Source: Bdellovibrionota bacterium
GTDB taxonomy: Bacteria > Bdellovibrionota > UBA2428
Reading direction: 5' to 3'
Assembly: GCA_041391385.1 (NCBI GenBank)
Contig: JAWKOD010000004.1
Location: 192,651 to 256,650, forward strand
DNA length: 64,000 nucleotides
The notes under the pieces are model-generated. The model had not been told where the DNA came from. It saw only the letters and a list, made by a program, of their open reading frames with translations, and ran no database searches. The translations under genes were made by a program, and so were the position numbers. Positions 37,624 to 46,384 of this stretch are shown here, piece by piece; positions within the stretch are counted from its first letter, which is position 1, and the number at the start of each line of letters is the position of its first letter.

Positions 37624-38847
37624 ATGGTAATAGCTAAAAGAGGGTCACTGCCAACAACTCCCCATACTGAGTTTTATTTTATACCGGGAGTTTTGGCGCT
37701 TGAGGAAATTCATGGTTCGTATGGATTTGGGGGGCCCTGGGCTCGTAAAATGCACGTTCGCAAGTATCCGACTGAAGTTAAAAATGAACCTAAAATAGCG
37801 GAATTTAATTTTATTCCAAAAGAGCGCGAGGAAAAAAGTTTACAGCCTTATTTGATACACTCGGCAGATATTCCCTATGAAGGAGATGCGTTGATTTCTA
37901 GGAAGTGTTTGCTTTGGGGGACAAACACAAAGATCTCTATGCTTAAAACAGAAAAGAGTTTTCCTAAGGATAAGTATTTTAGAAATGGCGATGGGCATGA
38001 GATATTTTTTGTTCAAGATGGAGAAGCTCTAGTCTCTACGGAATATGGAGAGCTACACGTTCGCAAGAATCATTATGTTGTTATACCTAAGGGAACAACT
38101 TACAGAATAGACTTAAAAAGTGAAAAGCTTTGGCTTCTTGTTGTTGAATCGAAATTTCTTATCGAGTGGCCTCCTCATTATATGAATCATAGCGGTCAAG
38201 CTCACATGATGGCCCCTATTGTTGAAACTGAAATTAATCTTCCCGAGCTTGGCGCTCCTAAGGATGAACAAGGCGAATTTACTGTTTATGTTCAGCATGG
38301 AGGCGGCCAAGTTACAGAACTTGCTATGTCGCACCATCCTTTTGATGTGTGTGGCTGGGAGGGGGCGCTCTATCCTTATTCTTTTGATATTGCGAACCAC
38401 CACGGCATTGCTCGTGCCATTCACTCGGCACCTCCGCAGCATCAAACTTTTCAGTCAGGTCAGGCGCCTTATTTTGGTTTTGCGATTTGCTCTTTTGTGG
38501 CGCAACCCGAAGGCTGGCATCCAAGAGATGTCGCAGCTCCTTATGCTCACTTTAATGTGGATAGTGATGAGATGATGTTTTTCTCGAATGTTAATTACGG
38601 CGCTCGAAAAAGTGTACTTAAAGAAGGCACAATGACTTTTCATCCTGGAGCTTGCCCGCACTCTCCTCACGGAAATGCGGCTGAAAAAAGTCTCGATGAA
38701 AAGGGCAAGATGAGCTCTCGACTTGCTGTGATGTTGGATACTTTTTTTGAGCCACTTAATGTTTCTCAATATGCCGTTCAGTATTCAGATAAGGAGTATT
38801 CTACAAGTTGGTATAAGGCACGCGAAGCTAAAACGTTGAGTGCTTAA
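37624..38847 (+). CDS. Homogentisate 1,2-dioxygenase-like cupin protein
   Basis: 407 aa. The overall HgmA-like layout includes GHEIFFVQDGEALVSTEYGEL (cupin) and the C-terminal MTFHPGACPHSPHG. The assignment is from pattern memory only. Confidence 0.55.
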   Translation: MVIAKRGSLPTTPHTEFYFIPGVLALEEIHGSYGFGGPWARKMHVRKYPTEVKNEPKIAEFNFIPKEREEKSLQPYLIHSADIPYEGDALISRKCLLWGTNTKISMLKTEKSFPKDKYFRNGDGHEIFFVQDGEALVSTEYGELHVRKNHYVVIPKGTTYRIDLKSEKLWLLVVESKFLIEWPPHYMNHSGQAHMMAPIVETEINLPELGAPKDEQGEFTVYVQHGGGQVTELAMSHHPFDVCGWEGALYPYSFDIANHHGIARAIHSAPPQHQTFQSGQAPYFGFAICSFVAQPEGWHPRDVAAPYAHFNVDSDEMMFFSNVNYGARKSVLKEGTMTFHPGACPHSPHGNAAEKSLDEKGKMSSRLAVMLDTFFEPLNVSQYAVQYSDKEYSTSWYKAREAKTLSA

Positions 38848-38870
38848 ATGATACTTACTTGAGAGAAATC

Positions 38871-39272
38871 ATGACTAAGCATTCTGGATCCTGTTTATGT
38901 AAAAAAGTCAGCTTTGAGTTTTCGGGTGACTTTAAAAAGTTCTTTTTCTGTCATTGTTCTCGTTGTCGCAAGGATTCGGGTTCTGCTTATGCGTCTAATC
39001 TTTTTATAAAAAGCTCAGATTTCAAATGGGTGGATGGGAAAGAATATTTAAAGTCATATAAGGTGCCCGATACTCGCTTTGAAAGCTCTTTTTGTACGGA
39101 ATGTGGATCAAAACTTCCCACCCTCAAGGATGATCATCTTGTAAAGGTGCCCGCAGGATGTCTTGATACAGAAGTTGATTTGACTCCTAACGGGCATATC
39201 TTTATGGCAAGTAAAGCCCAGTGGGAAGATACACTTTGCCGGGCCCAATGCTTTGAAGACTTTCCATCATAA
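38871..39272 (+). CDS. GFA (glutathione-dependent formaldehyde-activating / CENP-V) family protein
   Basis: Cys pattern GSCLCKKV…CHCSRCRK…FCTECGS. ATG 38871 follows GAGAGAAATC. Confidence 0.75.
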   Translation: MTKHSGSCLCKKVSFEFSGDFKKFFFCHCSRCRKDSGSAYASNLFIKSSDFKWVDGKEYLKSYKVPDTRFESSFCTECGSKLPTLKDDHLVKVPAGCLDTEVDLTPNGHIFMASKAQWEDTLCRAQCFEDFPS

Positions 39273-39304
39273 AAGTATTCGGACTTACTTCCTAGTTTCT
39301 GTAC

Positions 39305-39703
39305 TTAGTTTCTGTATCTGGAAACTTTTGAGATGTGTGATTTTTGTGCGTCACAGAGACCAGAACCTATTAATACACTGAGTAAAGTATTGAGGGCAAG
39401 GTTTGCATCTCTTTTGCTTTGACAATAAGCAAGTCGAGCATATCCATATTCTGTCCCATAGCTATCGCTTACATCTATCCAGCCAGAATAAGCATGAAAT
39501 CGTGCTCCTGCCCAGATGGAATTAGGATCACTTGGTTCTTCTAGGTAAGCGACACAAGTTGCCTGAGAAAATGTTTGTTGCTTGAGTCTAGTGCCTTCGT
39601 AACAAGAATAGTCTTCGTAAATGACATTTGCTTTTTTACTTGTTGCAAACAAGTTCGCTGAGATTAAACAGTTAAGGGCTAGGGTAATGGTTAAATTTTT
39701 CAT
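39305..39703 (-). CDS. Small secreted cysteine-containing protein, hypothetical
   Basis: MKNLTITLALNCLISANLFA signal peptide with 4 Cys in the mature part. ATG 39703 overlaps the upstream stop (ATGA). Confidence 0.55.
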   Translation of the reverse strand: MKNLTITLALNCLISANLFATSKKANVIYEDYSCYEGTRLKQQTFSQATCVAYLEEPSDPNSIWAGARFHAYSGWIDVSDSYGTEYGYARLAYCQSKRDANLALNTLLSVLIGSGLCDAQKSHISKVSRYRN

Positions 39704-40080
39704 TCTTCTCCTTTGTCGCAAACGATTTTTCCGTAATCACATTTTAAGACAGGTCCATCGAGCAGGTATGCACCTAGTGCGCCTTGCATACGCGCTGAAC
39801 ACCACGTTTTACATTTATTGAGAGTGTTGTATCGAGCTTCATACTCACTTCGGCCGCCCGAAAGAATTTGCGTAGACGCGTTTCTATTTTGTAAATAAAT
39901 CGCTCCTGCAGATGCGGAGCCACCCGGAATTGTGGAACAGTTCATTAAACAGTAATAAGGGCCTCGAATATGCTGCTCTTGAATTTCACGAGCAACTTTG
40001 CGGCTTCTAGCTTCGGAATGTTGGCTAGCAATGATCCCTGTAAGGACCACTAGAATATAGAATAGTTTTGAGTTTTTCAT
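39700..40080 (-). CDS. Small secreted cysteine-rich protein, hypothetical
   Basis: MKNSKLFYILVVLTGIIASQHSEA signal peptide with 6 Cys in about 100 mature residues. Confidence 0.55.
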   Translation of the reverse strand: MKNSKLFYILVVLTGIIASQHSEARSRKVAREIQEQHIRGPYYCLMNCSTIPGGSASAGAIYLQNRNASTQILSGGRSEYEARYNTLNKCKTWCSARMQGALGAYLLDGPVLKCDYGKIVCDKGEE

Positions 40081-40224
40081 GTCATTTACCTTTCTCTGAG
40101 CGGTATAGGTTGGACATGCCTTAGGGGCGAGTTACATGAGGTTACAAGTGCGGATTCGAGGGGGATTCTCCTTGACCAGTAACGCATTGCGTAATAGCGT
40201 ATTTCCCCAAGGGCTACCTCATTT

Positions 40225-41370
40225 ATGCAAACGACGAATTTTCAAAAAACTCAATGGATTCAGGTGCTTGAGGCCTCTGTCTGTGAGTTGCATAAGTTTA
40301 GCCTTCAGGGCACTCAGAGTAGGGACTTGAGCTCTTATATCCAGGTCTTAATCGCCTATCATGAGTCTAATCTGGAGCGCTTGAGGCTTTATTCGTCTCA
40401 TCAATGGGAGTGTCAGTTTCTTAAGGTCATTTGCGAGTTGCGTTTGGGGATAAGAGAGAAAAGTCTTTCCCCTGAAAAGCTTTTGGCTTTAGCAGATTTC
40501 GTTCAATCTCAGCCTGCTATGAGCGTGCTTGATGAAGTCTTAAAGGGCGAAGCTATTTTGTATGGGTTTTGCGTCTGAAAGTGTTGCGGATTTAACAAGA
40601 GCAATCCATTTACGATGAGGCTGCTAAAATATTCACGCGCAGCATTCTTCAGAAAAGAAAGCTCTGAAAGCTCTGTTTAATTCCCTCGCTTGTAAAAGTC
40701 GAAGTACAGCAGCGGGACGCTATTTAAGTGATTGTTACTTTGTAATTCGAGAGGCGTCACGTTTGGGTGAGTCTTCAGTTGAAAGCATGGCACGGCACAA
40801 TTTGTCGTATGAGTTATTGAAGCTCGGACAACGGAAGAAGCCACTTCACGAAGCTCTACTTGCACTGGAGTTGTGTCGAGATCATTTTGCTAACTTTAAT
40901 GAAGTTCAGATCCGTCTACACCTTGCAGCCTCTTCAAATTGGAGATTACAGCGAAGCCAAGCGCCATATGAGTTTTGCTAAAATTACGGAGTTTCCTGAA
41001 GCATGGAGGCATTGAAGTATTTAGAGAATACTTATCTAGGCGTAACATGTTATTGATTCTTCCAAAATGACCTTTAATTGGCAAAAAGGCTTTTAAGAAA
41101 AAAGCGTCTTTAAGTTTCAAAAAGAGAAACCCTCTTGGAAGAACTGAAGCTTTCAACTCTTGAAAGTCGTTGTCTAAAACAGTTGGCCGAAGGTCCCATG
41201 AAGATAAGTTTATCGATTGCTGGAGTAAATATATGGAAGCAAAGGAAGCTATTTTTCTCTCGAAAACAGGCTTAAAAGTCCTTCTGAATAGATTGCGAAA
41301 AAAGATCCCCAATGAAATTCATTTTTTTAAAGGTCAGTATTTTCTTAAAGATAAAAGTCTTCGCAGTATA
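40225..41370 (+). pseudogene. Decayed TPR + winged-helix regulator, paralog of 33561-34745
   Basis: The span (about 1.15 kb) equals the length of the intact paralog. A 117-aa N-terminal ORF is followed by TPR-like pieces in shifting frames with stops (…GDYSEAKRHMSFAKITEFPEA…). The wHTH is split between frames: …LSTLESRCLKQLAEGP | RSHEDKFIDCWSKYMEAKEAIFLSKTGLKVLLNRLRKKIPNEIHFFKGQYFL. Confidence 0.6.
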
Positions 41371-42591
41371 TTGATCATAGTTTCTCTTCTTGCTGCAAAT
41401 CTCCTGAAAGCTGCTAATGCCTTTCCTGTTATTGATTCTTCACTTCTAAGAGTTTGCTCGCAGTATTCCAATGCTCCTGCTCCAATTTGTGGAGTAGGCA
41501 CTTATGTGCAAAAAGGATCAAAGTATTTTGTTCTAACGAGTGCTCATGTGTCGCATGGAGATTTGGGTCTTTCTGTGGCTTTAATAGGTAATTCCAAAGA
41601 GAGTTTAAGAGTTATTTCTAGAGCATCGAATACATTGGCAGATGTGGACTTGCTTGAAGTTCAAGCGCATCCTTTGCTTAAGGCTCTTTTTGTTTGGGAT
41701 TCATACTATGATGCTTTTGTTGTTCCAGATCTTGAAAAATGGAATTGGCACTTTCTCATTGGGCGATCCAAGATGGAAGATGCACCGAGCCCAATGTGGT
41801 TACATAATCTAGGATGGACTTCTGCTCTCATATTACCAAGCCAGGATCAACGTGTGAGTCCACTAAAGGGTGAAGAGTTTTATGAGCAGTTTTATCCAGC
41901 GCAGGCTGGATTTGAAAACAGAAGAAGTTTTTCTAAAAGCTTAGATCCTTATGAAAGCCTCATTCGCTTTAACCTTTTATCGGGAATGAGTGGTGCACCT
42001 GTCATAACAAGCGTTGCTCAGCCCTTTCACGTAAGACTCTCTTCAATTGCTACACGGGCGCACCGATATTCTCCCTTGAGCTATTTTGCGCTTTTGGATG
42101 ACGTTCTTCCCTCTTTGCTAAAAGGTAAGAGTTTGAGTAAACAACCTCGTTGGAATTTTAGTGAGGGGCTTTTGTGTCGCTCGACTGAGGATGGAACAAG
42201 GGAGGCGGCGCTCGTTGTTAAAGAACGAGGAGATTGGGGGTCTGCTGATGGTGGGGATTGGGGATCTGCCGACGGAGGCGAGGGGAGTGGGCAATCTAAA
42301 CAATCGCTTAAGTTTATGTATAGGGGAGAATCTATCTTGGGGTGGAAGGTTGCAGTATCGAGGAAGCAATCTGTTTTCTTTCATGGAAGTTTTTCTAATT
42401 ATAGAAGTCTCGAGCGTGAAAATCTTTTGAAGAAAGCCGTACCCATCTCTCTTGGATCTAAGCTAGTTTTTGACCCTTATTGGAGAACTGAGCTGTCACT
42501 TGTCAATGAAAGTGACGATAGTCTTAGCTTTAAAGACAATAAAGTAACAGTTAAACTTGCACGTGAAAAAATATCTTTCTACTTTAAATGA
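41371..42591 (+). CDS. Secreted trypsin-like (S1-type) serine protease with a C-terminal extension; start uncertain
   Basis: Signal-like LIIVSLLAANLLKAANA. Triad candidates are LTSAHV (His), ADVDLLEV (Asp) and LLSGMSGAPV (Ser). The ORF is open from 41170 because it runs in frame with the remnant of the upstream regulator. There is no ATG, and in-frame TTG 41371 is the best start I could find. Confidence 0.65.
   Translation: MIIVSLLAANLLKAANAFPVIDSSLLRVCSQYSNAPAPICGVGTYVQKGSKYFVLTSAHVSHGDLGLSVALIGNSKESLRVISRASNTLADVDLLEVQAHPLLKALFVWDSYYDAFVVPDLEKWNWHFLIGRSKMEDAPSPMWLHNLGWTSALILPSQDQRVSPLKGEEFYEQFYPAQAGFENRRSFSKSLDPYESLIRFNLLSGMSGAPVITSVAQPFHVRLSSIATRAHRYSPLSYFALLDDVLPSLLKGKSLSKQPRWNFSEGLLCRSTEDGTREAALVVKERGDWGSADGGDWGSADGGEGSGQSKQSLKFMYRGESILGWKVAVSRKQSVFFHGSFSNYRSLERENLLKKAVPISLGSKLVFDPYWRTELSLVNESDDSLSFKDNKVTVKLAREKISFYFK
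42229..42276 (+). repeat. 2 x 24-nt imperfect tandem repeat inside the protease gene (GDWGSADG x2)
   Basis: GGAGATTGGGGGTCTGCTGATGGT / GGGGATTGGGGATCTGCCGACGGA. Confidence 0.85.
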
Positions 42592-42802
42592 GCAAGGAGC
42601 TTTAAGTGGTTCTGTTTTTAATCCCATCATTCGTGTCGGTGGACGAGTGATTGATATTACAGAGCTATACTTCTTAGAAGCGTCATTTAGAAGGCTTCTT
42701 AGTGGTGAGGAGCTGAAGGCTTCCTTCACCACTAATGCTCTTAGGTTTTCTGTGCAAAAACGAGTTTTGATTGGCAATCGAATTGTAAGTTGGCAGCTCG
42801 CT

Positions 42803-43381
42803 TTATGACGTCCAGTAGAGATCATTTGTATTCTCAAAGGCCCAATCCATCATACTAATTCCTATGGGCATCAAGACGATAGTCACGCAAAATAAAACTC
42901 CAAACATGGCCATGAACATGTAAATTGGATTTCTCATTTCAGCTTCTTTGTTTGAAGAAGCTAGCTTGTCTTCGAGGTAGCGGATTTCTTTTTCTTCGTT
43001 TTTAAGGATATCAGCTCGTGATTTTCGATAAATACTTCTACGTTCGTCTTGAATTTTACCTAGAAGTTTTTTGAGACGAGGAAGCTTTTTGTCATCTTCA
43101 CCCGTAAGGTTAATTTTTTGAGCGAGTTCTGTAGTGGCATCATAGAGCTTCCAATCATAGGTATATTGCAATTGTTCTTGGCTCAATCTTTTGTGTTTTT
43201 CGTGCATCTCTTTGATGTCGCTTACGGTATCTCGTAATTGCTGTATCTTTTCGAGTTGAGCAGTGCTTGGGAAACTCGCTCTTAAATTTGACTTTGCATG
43301 AAGTGGGAGACACATGCTTTGTAGGACTATGCTGCTCAGTAGGACATTGGCAGTTAACTTGTATAGAATACCTTTTTTCAT
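42803..43381 (-). CDS. Hypothetical protein with a signal peptide, coiled coil and C-terminal TM helix
   Basis: 192-aa ORF. N-terminal signal peptide, charged helical middle, and a hydrophobic MFMAMFGVLFCVTIVLMPIGI near the C-terminus. Confidence 0.55.
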   Translation of the reverse strand: MKKGILYKLTANVLLSSIVLQSMCLPLHAKSNLRASFPSTAQLEKIQQLRDTVSDIKEMHEKHKRLSQEQLQYTYDWKLYDATTELAQKINLTGEDDKKLPRLKKLLGKIQDERRSIYRKSRADILKNEEKEIRYLEDKLASSNKEAEMRNPIYMFMAMFGVLFCVTIVLMPIGISMMDWAFENTNDLYWTS

Positions 43382-43493
43382 TTTATTGCACCTCTATGTG
43401 GGAAGCTAATCGCGCTTAGAGGAAAATTCGAGTTACATTAGGTTAGAATATTTTTCTGGACTAGCAGCGAGTGATTTTTTGATACAGACGTAA

Positions 43494-44867
43494 TTAATTT
43501 ATCAGCTTGCAACCGTATTGCTCACTTATAAAGCGTGCCGTGTGAGAGTTAACACCGACTTCTTTTTGTTTTTCGTTATGTCTGAGTGGAGCTAGAAACC
43601 CAGGTACGGCTTTGTTTTTTACAAACTCTTTGCAGTATTCTGCTGTTTGCTTCATGACATAAAAACAAGAGCAGTATTCTTTAGCTTTGTAAGCGCCAAA
43701 GAGTTTAATTTCTGCAAGTTTTTTAGGCCATCCTCCATAGCTAAGTCCGGGATCATAATGTTCAGTGACAAGATGAGCGTTTGCTTCGCTGGTGTCGATG
43801 TCTGGAAGTGTCCTGTTCTGCGCAAGTTGTCTTGCAAGTCTAAGGAGTGTGTTCGTTTTAAATGTGCCTTCTTCTTTATCTTCTCCGTAACGAACGATGA
43901 TCATGTCTTCAGAGGGAATCACAATAAGTCTTTGTCCCCAGTGACCGCTTGCTGCATAGGTATCTTCGGGGGCGTTGCCCCAGGCCTTGTCTGCATTCAG
44001 GCTAGGAACGCTGCGGTTGATCCACCACTGACGGCTCATGCGATCTTCGGGACTTGTGATCATGCGTCCCTTTAGGTAAGCGGGCGTGATTTCTGTGGAG
44101 TGGGACATCCACCATTTAGGAAGTATTTGAGAATTTCCTATAGCACCGTTGTTCAGGAGAAATTGACCCCATTTTAAAGTGTCTTGGGCTGTTAGGTATG
44201 CGGACGAGGATCCCACAAAATTTCCGCTGCGGTCTTGTTCAAAGACAAGAGAGCTTATGCCAATCTTTTTGGCCCACTTTTTCCAAGGGAGTGTGGCGTA
44301 TTCGGTTGTTGAATAAGTTCTTTGTAATATCTTTGAGAGAATAACCGAGTCGCCAGAAGAGTACATGGCTTGAGAGCCAGGTGTTTGAGCTACAGTGTGA
44401 GGCTCGGCAAGAATAAAGGCTGCCATGCCGTTCGGGTTTTTACCGTAAAGCATGGAGATAGGCGATGATTCCGTGATGGACTCTTCGTAGGCCTCGTTCC
44501 ATTTGAGACCCGAGGCAAAACTTAAAAGATTATCGATTGTAATCTTGCAATACGGGCTTTCTTTAAGTTCTGGTAACTTTACGCAAATACTTTCTTCAAG
44601 GGTGAGGCGTCCTTCGTACACGGCAATGCCAATGAGTTGATTGATGATGGACTTGCTCATAGACCAAAGCAAGTGAGGCTTGTCGGCGGTCCATTGATCA
44701 GAATATTTTTGGAAAATAATCTTGCCTTTGTATTGAATAATCAAAGAGTTAGTTTTTGTTTGTTTGAAAGCGTAGTTTTCAAGATCGCTTAAATAACTAG
44801 TTTCTGTGCGGGCTTGAGCGATGAACAAGAAGAGTGCACTGATAATGAGACTTCTTAGAAACTTCAT
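43494..44867 (-). CDS. Serine hydrolase, beta-lactamase/transpeptidase-like (class C type) family
   Basis: Signal peptide and the S-x-x-K motif in LLWSMSKSIINQLIG. Length is about 457 aa. Confidence 0.75.
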   Translation of the reverse strand: MKFLRSLIISALFLFIAQARTETSYLSDLENYAFKQTKTNSLIIQYKGKIIFQKYSDQWTADKPHLLWSMSKSIINQLIGIAVYEGRLTLEESICVKLPELKESPYCKITIDNLLSFASGLKWNEAYEESITESSPISMLYGKNPNGMAAFILAEPHTVAQTPGSQAMYSSGDSVILSKILQRTYSTTEYATLPWKKWAKKIGISSLVFEQDRSGNFVGSSSAYLTAQDTLKWGQFLLNNGAIGNSQILPKWWMSHSTEITPAYLKGRMITSPEDRMSRQWWINRSVPSLNADKAWGNAPEDTYAASGHWGQRLIVIPSEDMIIVRYGEDKEEGTFKTNTLLRLARQLAQNRTLPDIDTSEANAHLVTEHYDPGLSYGGWPKKLAEIKLFGAYKAKEYCSCFYVMKQTAEYCKEFVKNKAVPGFLAPLRHNEKQKEVGVNSHTARFISEQYGCKLIN

Positions 44868-44970
44868 ATTTAGTTTTGCAGGCTAGCATTTTTGCGAAGG
44901 CGTAACAAGCATAAGTGCCCGTTGCGCCTTCGTGTAAGTTCAATGATTTCAGTAGCTTACGCTAACAACT

Positions 44971-45417
44971 TCAGGCTGCTGTGCTGTCTTCGTCGCAAGT
45001 GAATAGAAGTAGCTTCATCTCGGGAGGATCTTCTTCTCCCTCATCGCCTGCTACAAAATCAACTGGGATTTTTACGCTTAAGCCATTCCAAGCGCTGGTA
45101 CTAGTGTAGATTTCTTTGCCCCCAAAAACATCATTTTCTCGAATTGAAACTGAGTAATGATCCTTTCCATTTTTAAGAAAAGATTCCATGCTTACTGTAT
45201 GACCTTTGTAAACCGTGCTTTTTATGATGGCAAAATTTCTTGTGCCTAGTAAGTGGAGTCCCTGTTCGCCTGTTGCGTTCCAGGGGTTCAACTTATTTTT
45301 TCTTTGATATTCTAGTTTGCAATTTAAAACTGAAGATTGATAGGTAGGACTTGCCGATAGGCTTCCAGCGAAGAGCCCAATACCCATTAGGATTAAAAGC
45401 TTATTTGTTTTTTTCAT
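44971..45417 (-). CDS. Secreted hypothetical protein
   Basis: I prefer the internal ATG 45417 (MKKTNKLLILMGIGLFAGSLSA signal peptide) over the longer track ORF. Confidence 0.5.
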   Translation of the reverse strand: MKKTNKLLILMGIGLFAGSLSASPTYQSSVLNCKLEYQRKNKLNPWNATGEQGLHLLGTRNFAIIKSTVYKGHTVSMESFLKNGKDHYSVSIRENDVFGGKEIYTSTSAWNGLSVKIPVDFVAGDEGEEDPPEMKLLLFTCDEDSTAA

Positions 45418-45561
45418 ATGCACCTCTAGTGATTTCTTATAGAGGAATTTAGATTTTACTCGAGAAAATAAGTCTTTGCGTATTATGAAAAATAGGCGGA
45501 ACATGTGGGGCAATATCAAAGTGAGGAAAGAGATAATGCCCCTTTCCCCACTTAAAAGAGC

Positions 45562-46302
45562 TTAGTACTTAGCAATAAGGGCGAGGGTGTAGGTGTAATC
45601 GAATTTCTTTTTACCGGCTGTGGGAGTTGAGTCGTAGTTGCCCAAGTAGCCTGTTTTAACAGAGAAGATTTGAGAGAGAGTGAACTGAAGAGAGGGTTCA
45701 AAATTTACGAGAAATTGTTCTGTGTCTTCGAGATTTGGAAGAAATTCAACCCAAACTTTTGCGAGAACTGTATCGCTGATTCCTTTGGAAGCTTCCAGGT
45801 AAGCGCGAGCAAAGTGAGTGTCATCATCAGTTCCTACTGTGTAGTCATAAAAAGAATATCTATAGCCAAGTTCTCCTAGTGCGTAATCTTTAACTTAATC
45901 TTTCCAAAAGGTGTACTTAAGGCCAAGGTCTGAATCGTATCTTGCATCTATATTTTTAAAGCGATCACCCGAAACAGTTTCTCCGGCAAAGATTCCTATT
46001 TCCTCTGAAAAAGCAAAGTCATAGCGCAGTCCGATGCTCCAATTCTCGGCATTTGTTGTGTCAGAGGTTTTTCCCATGAGGTAATGCCCGTTGAGGGTAG
46101 CTTTGTGGGCGCCTGTTTCGTAACTTGTTTTCTGTTTAACTGAGTAAGTTTCGGTTTTTGAGTTACCACCCACAAGCACAATTGAGGCTTCACTTTCGTG
46201 AGCCCAAGGCTTGGGATCTGCGTCTTGAGCTTGGCTCAAAAGGGGGGATGCGAGGAGGGCTAGGCTTAATAATTTAAATTTCATGTTCCATGTAAGTTTC
46301 AC
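45562..46302 (-). pseudogene. DUF481 (YdiY-like) outer-membrane protein interrupted by an in-frame TAA at 45895-45897
   Basis: The N-terminal part has a signal peptide and …SIVLVGGNSKTETYSVKQKTSYE… It ends …KYTFWKD*. The same frame continues VKDYALGELGYRYSFYDYTVG…TYTLALIAKY* (111 more codons) to TAA 45562-45564, with a C-terminal aromatic residue. Confidence 0.65.
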
Positions 46303-46384
46303 GCTGCAACAGCTGAGTCAAAAATAATTTATGAGCGCATAAATTAAAAAAAGCTCTTTCAATCTTGCATCGACACTCGATTCG

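Noticed and set aside
40136-41312. Track ORFs 40136-40330(+), 40677-40865(-), 40763-40981(+) and 40896-41312(-) as independent genes.
   Set aside because: They lie within the span of the decayed regulator paralog. The plus-strand ones are fragments of that pseudogene in shifted frames, and the minus-strand ones are antisense shadows.
42557-42808. An 83-aa ORF overlapping the protease stop (TTG start).
   Set aside because: It has no SD, a TTG start buried 35 nt inside the protease gene, and no motif. The translation is protein-like, so it cannot be fully excluded, but support is insufficient.
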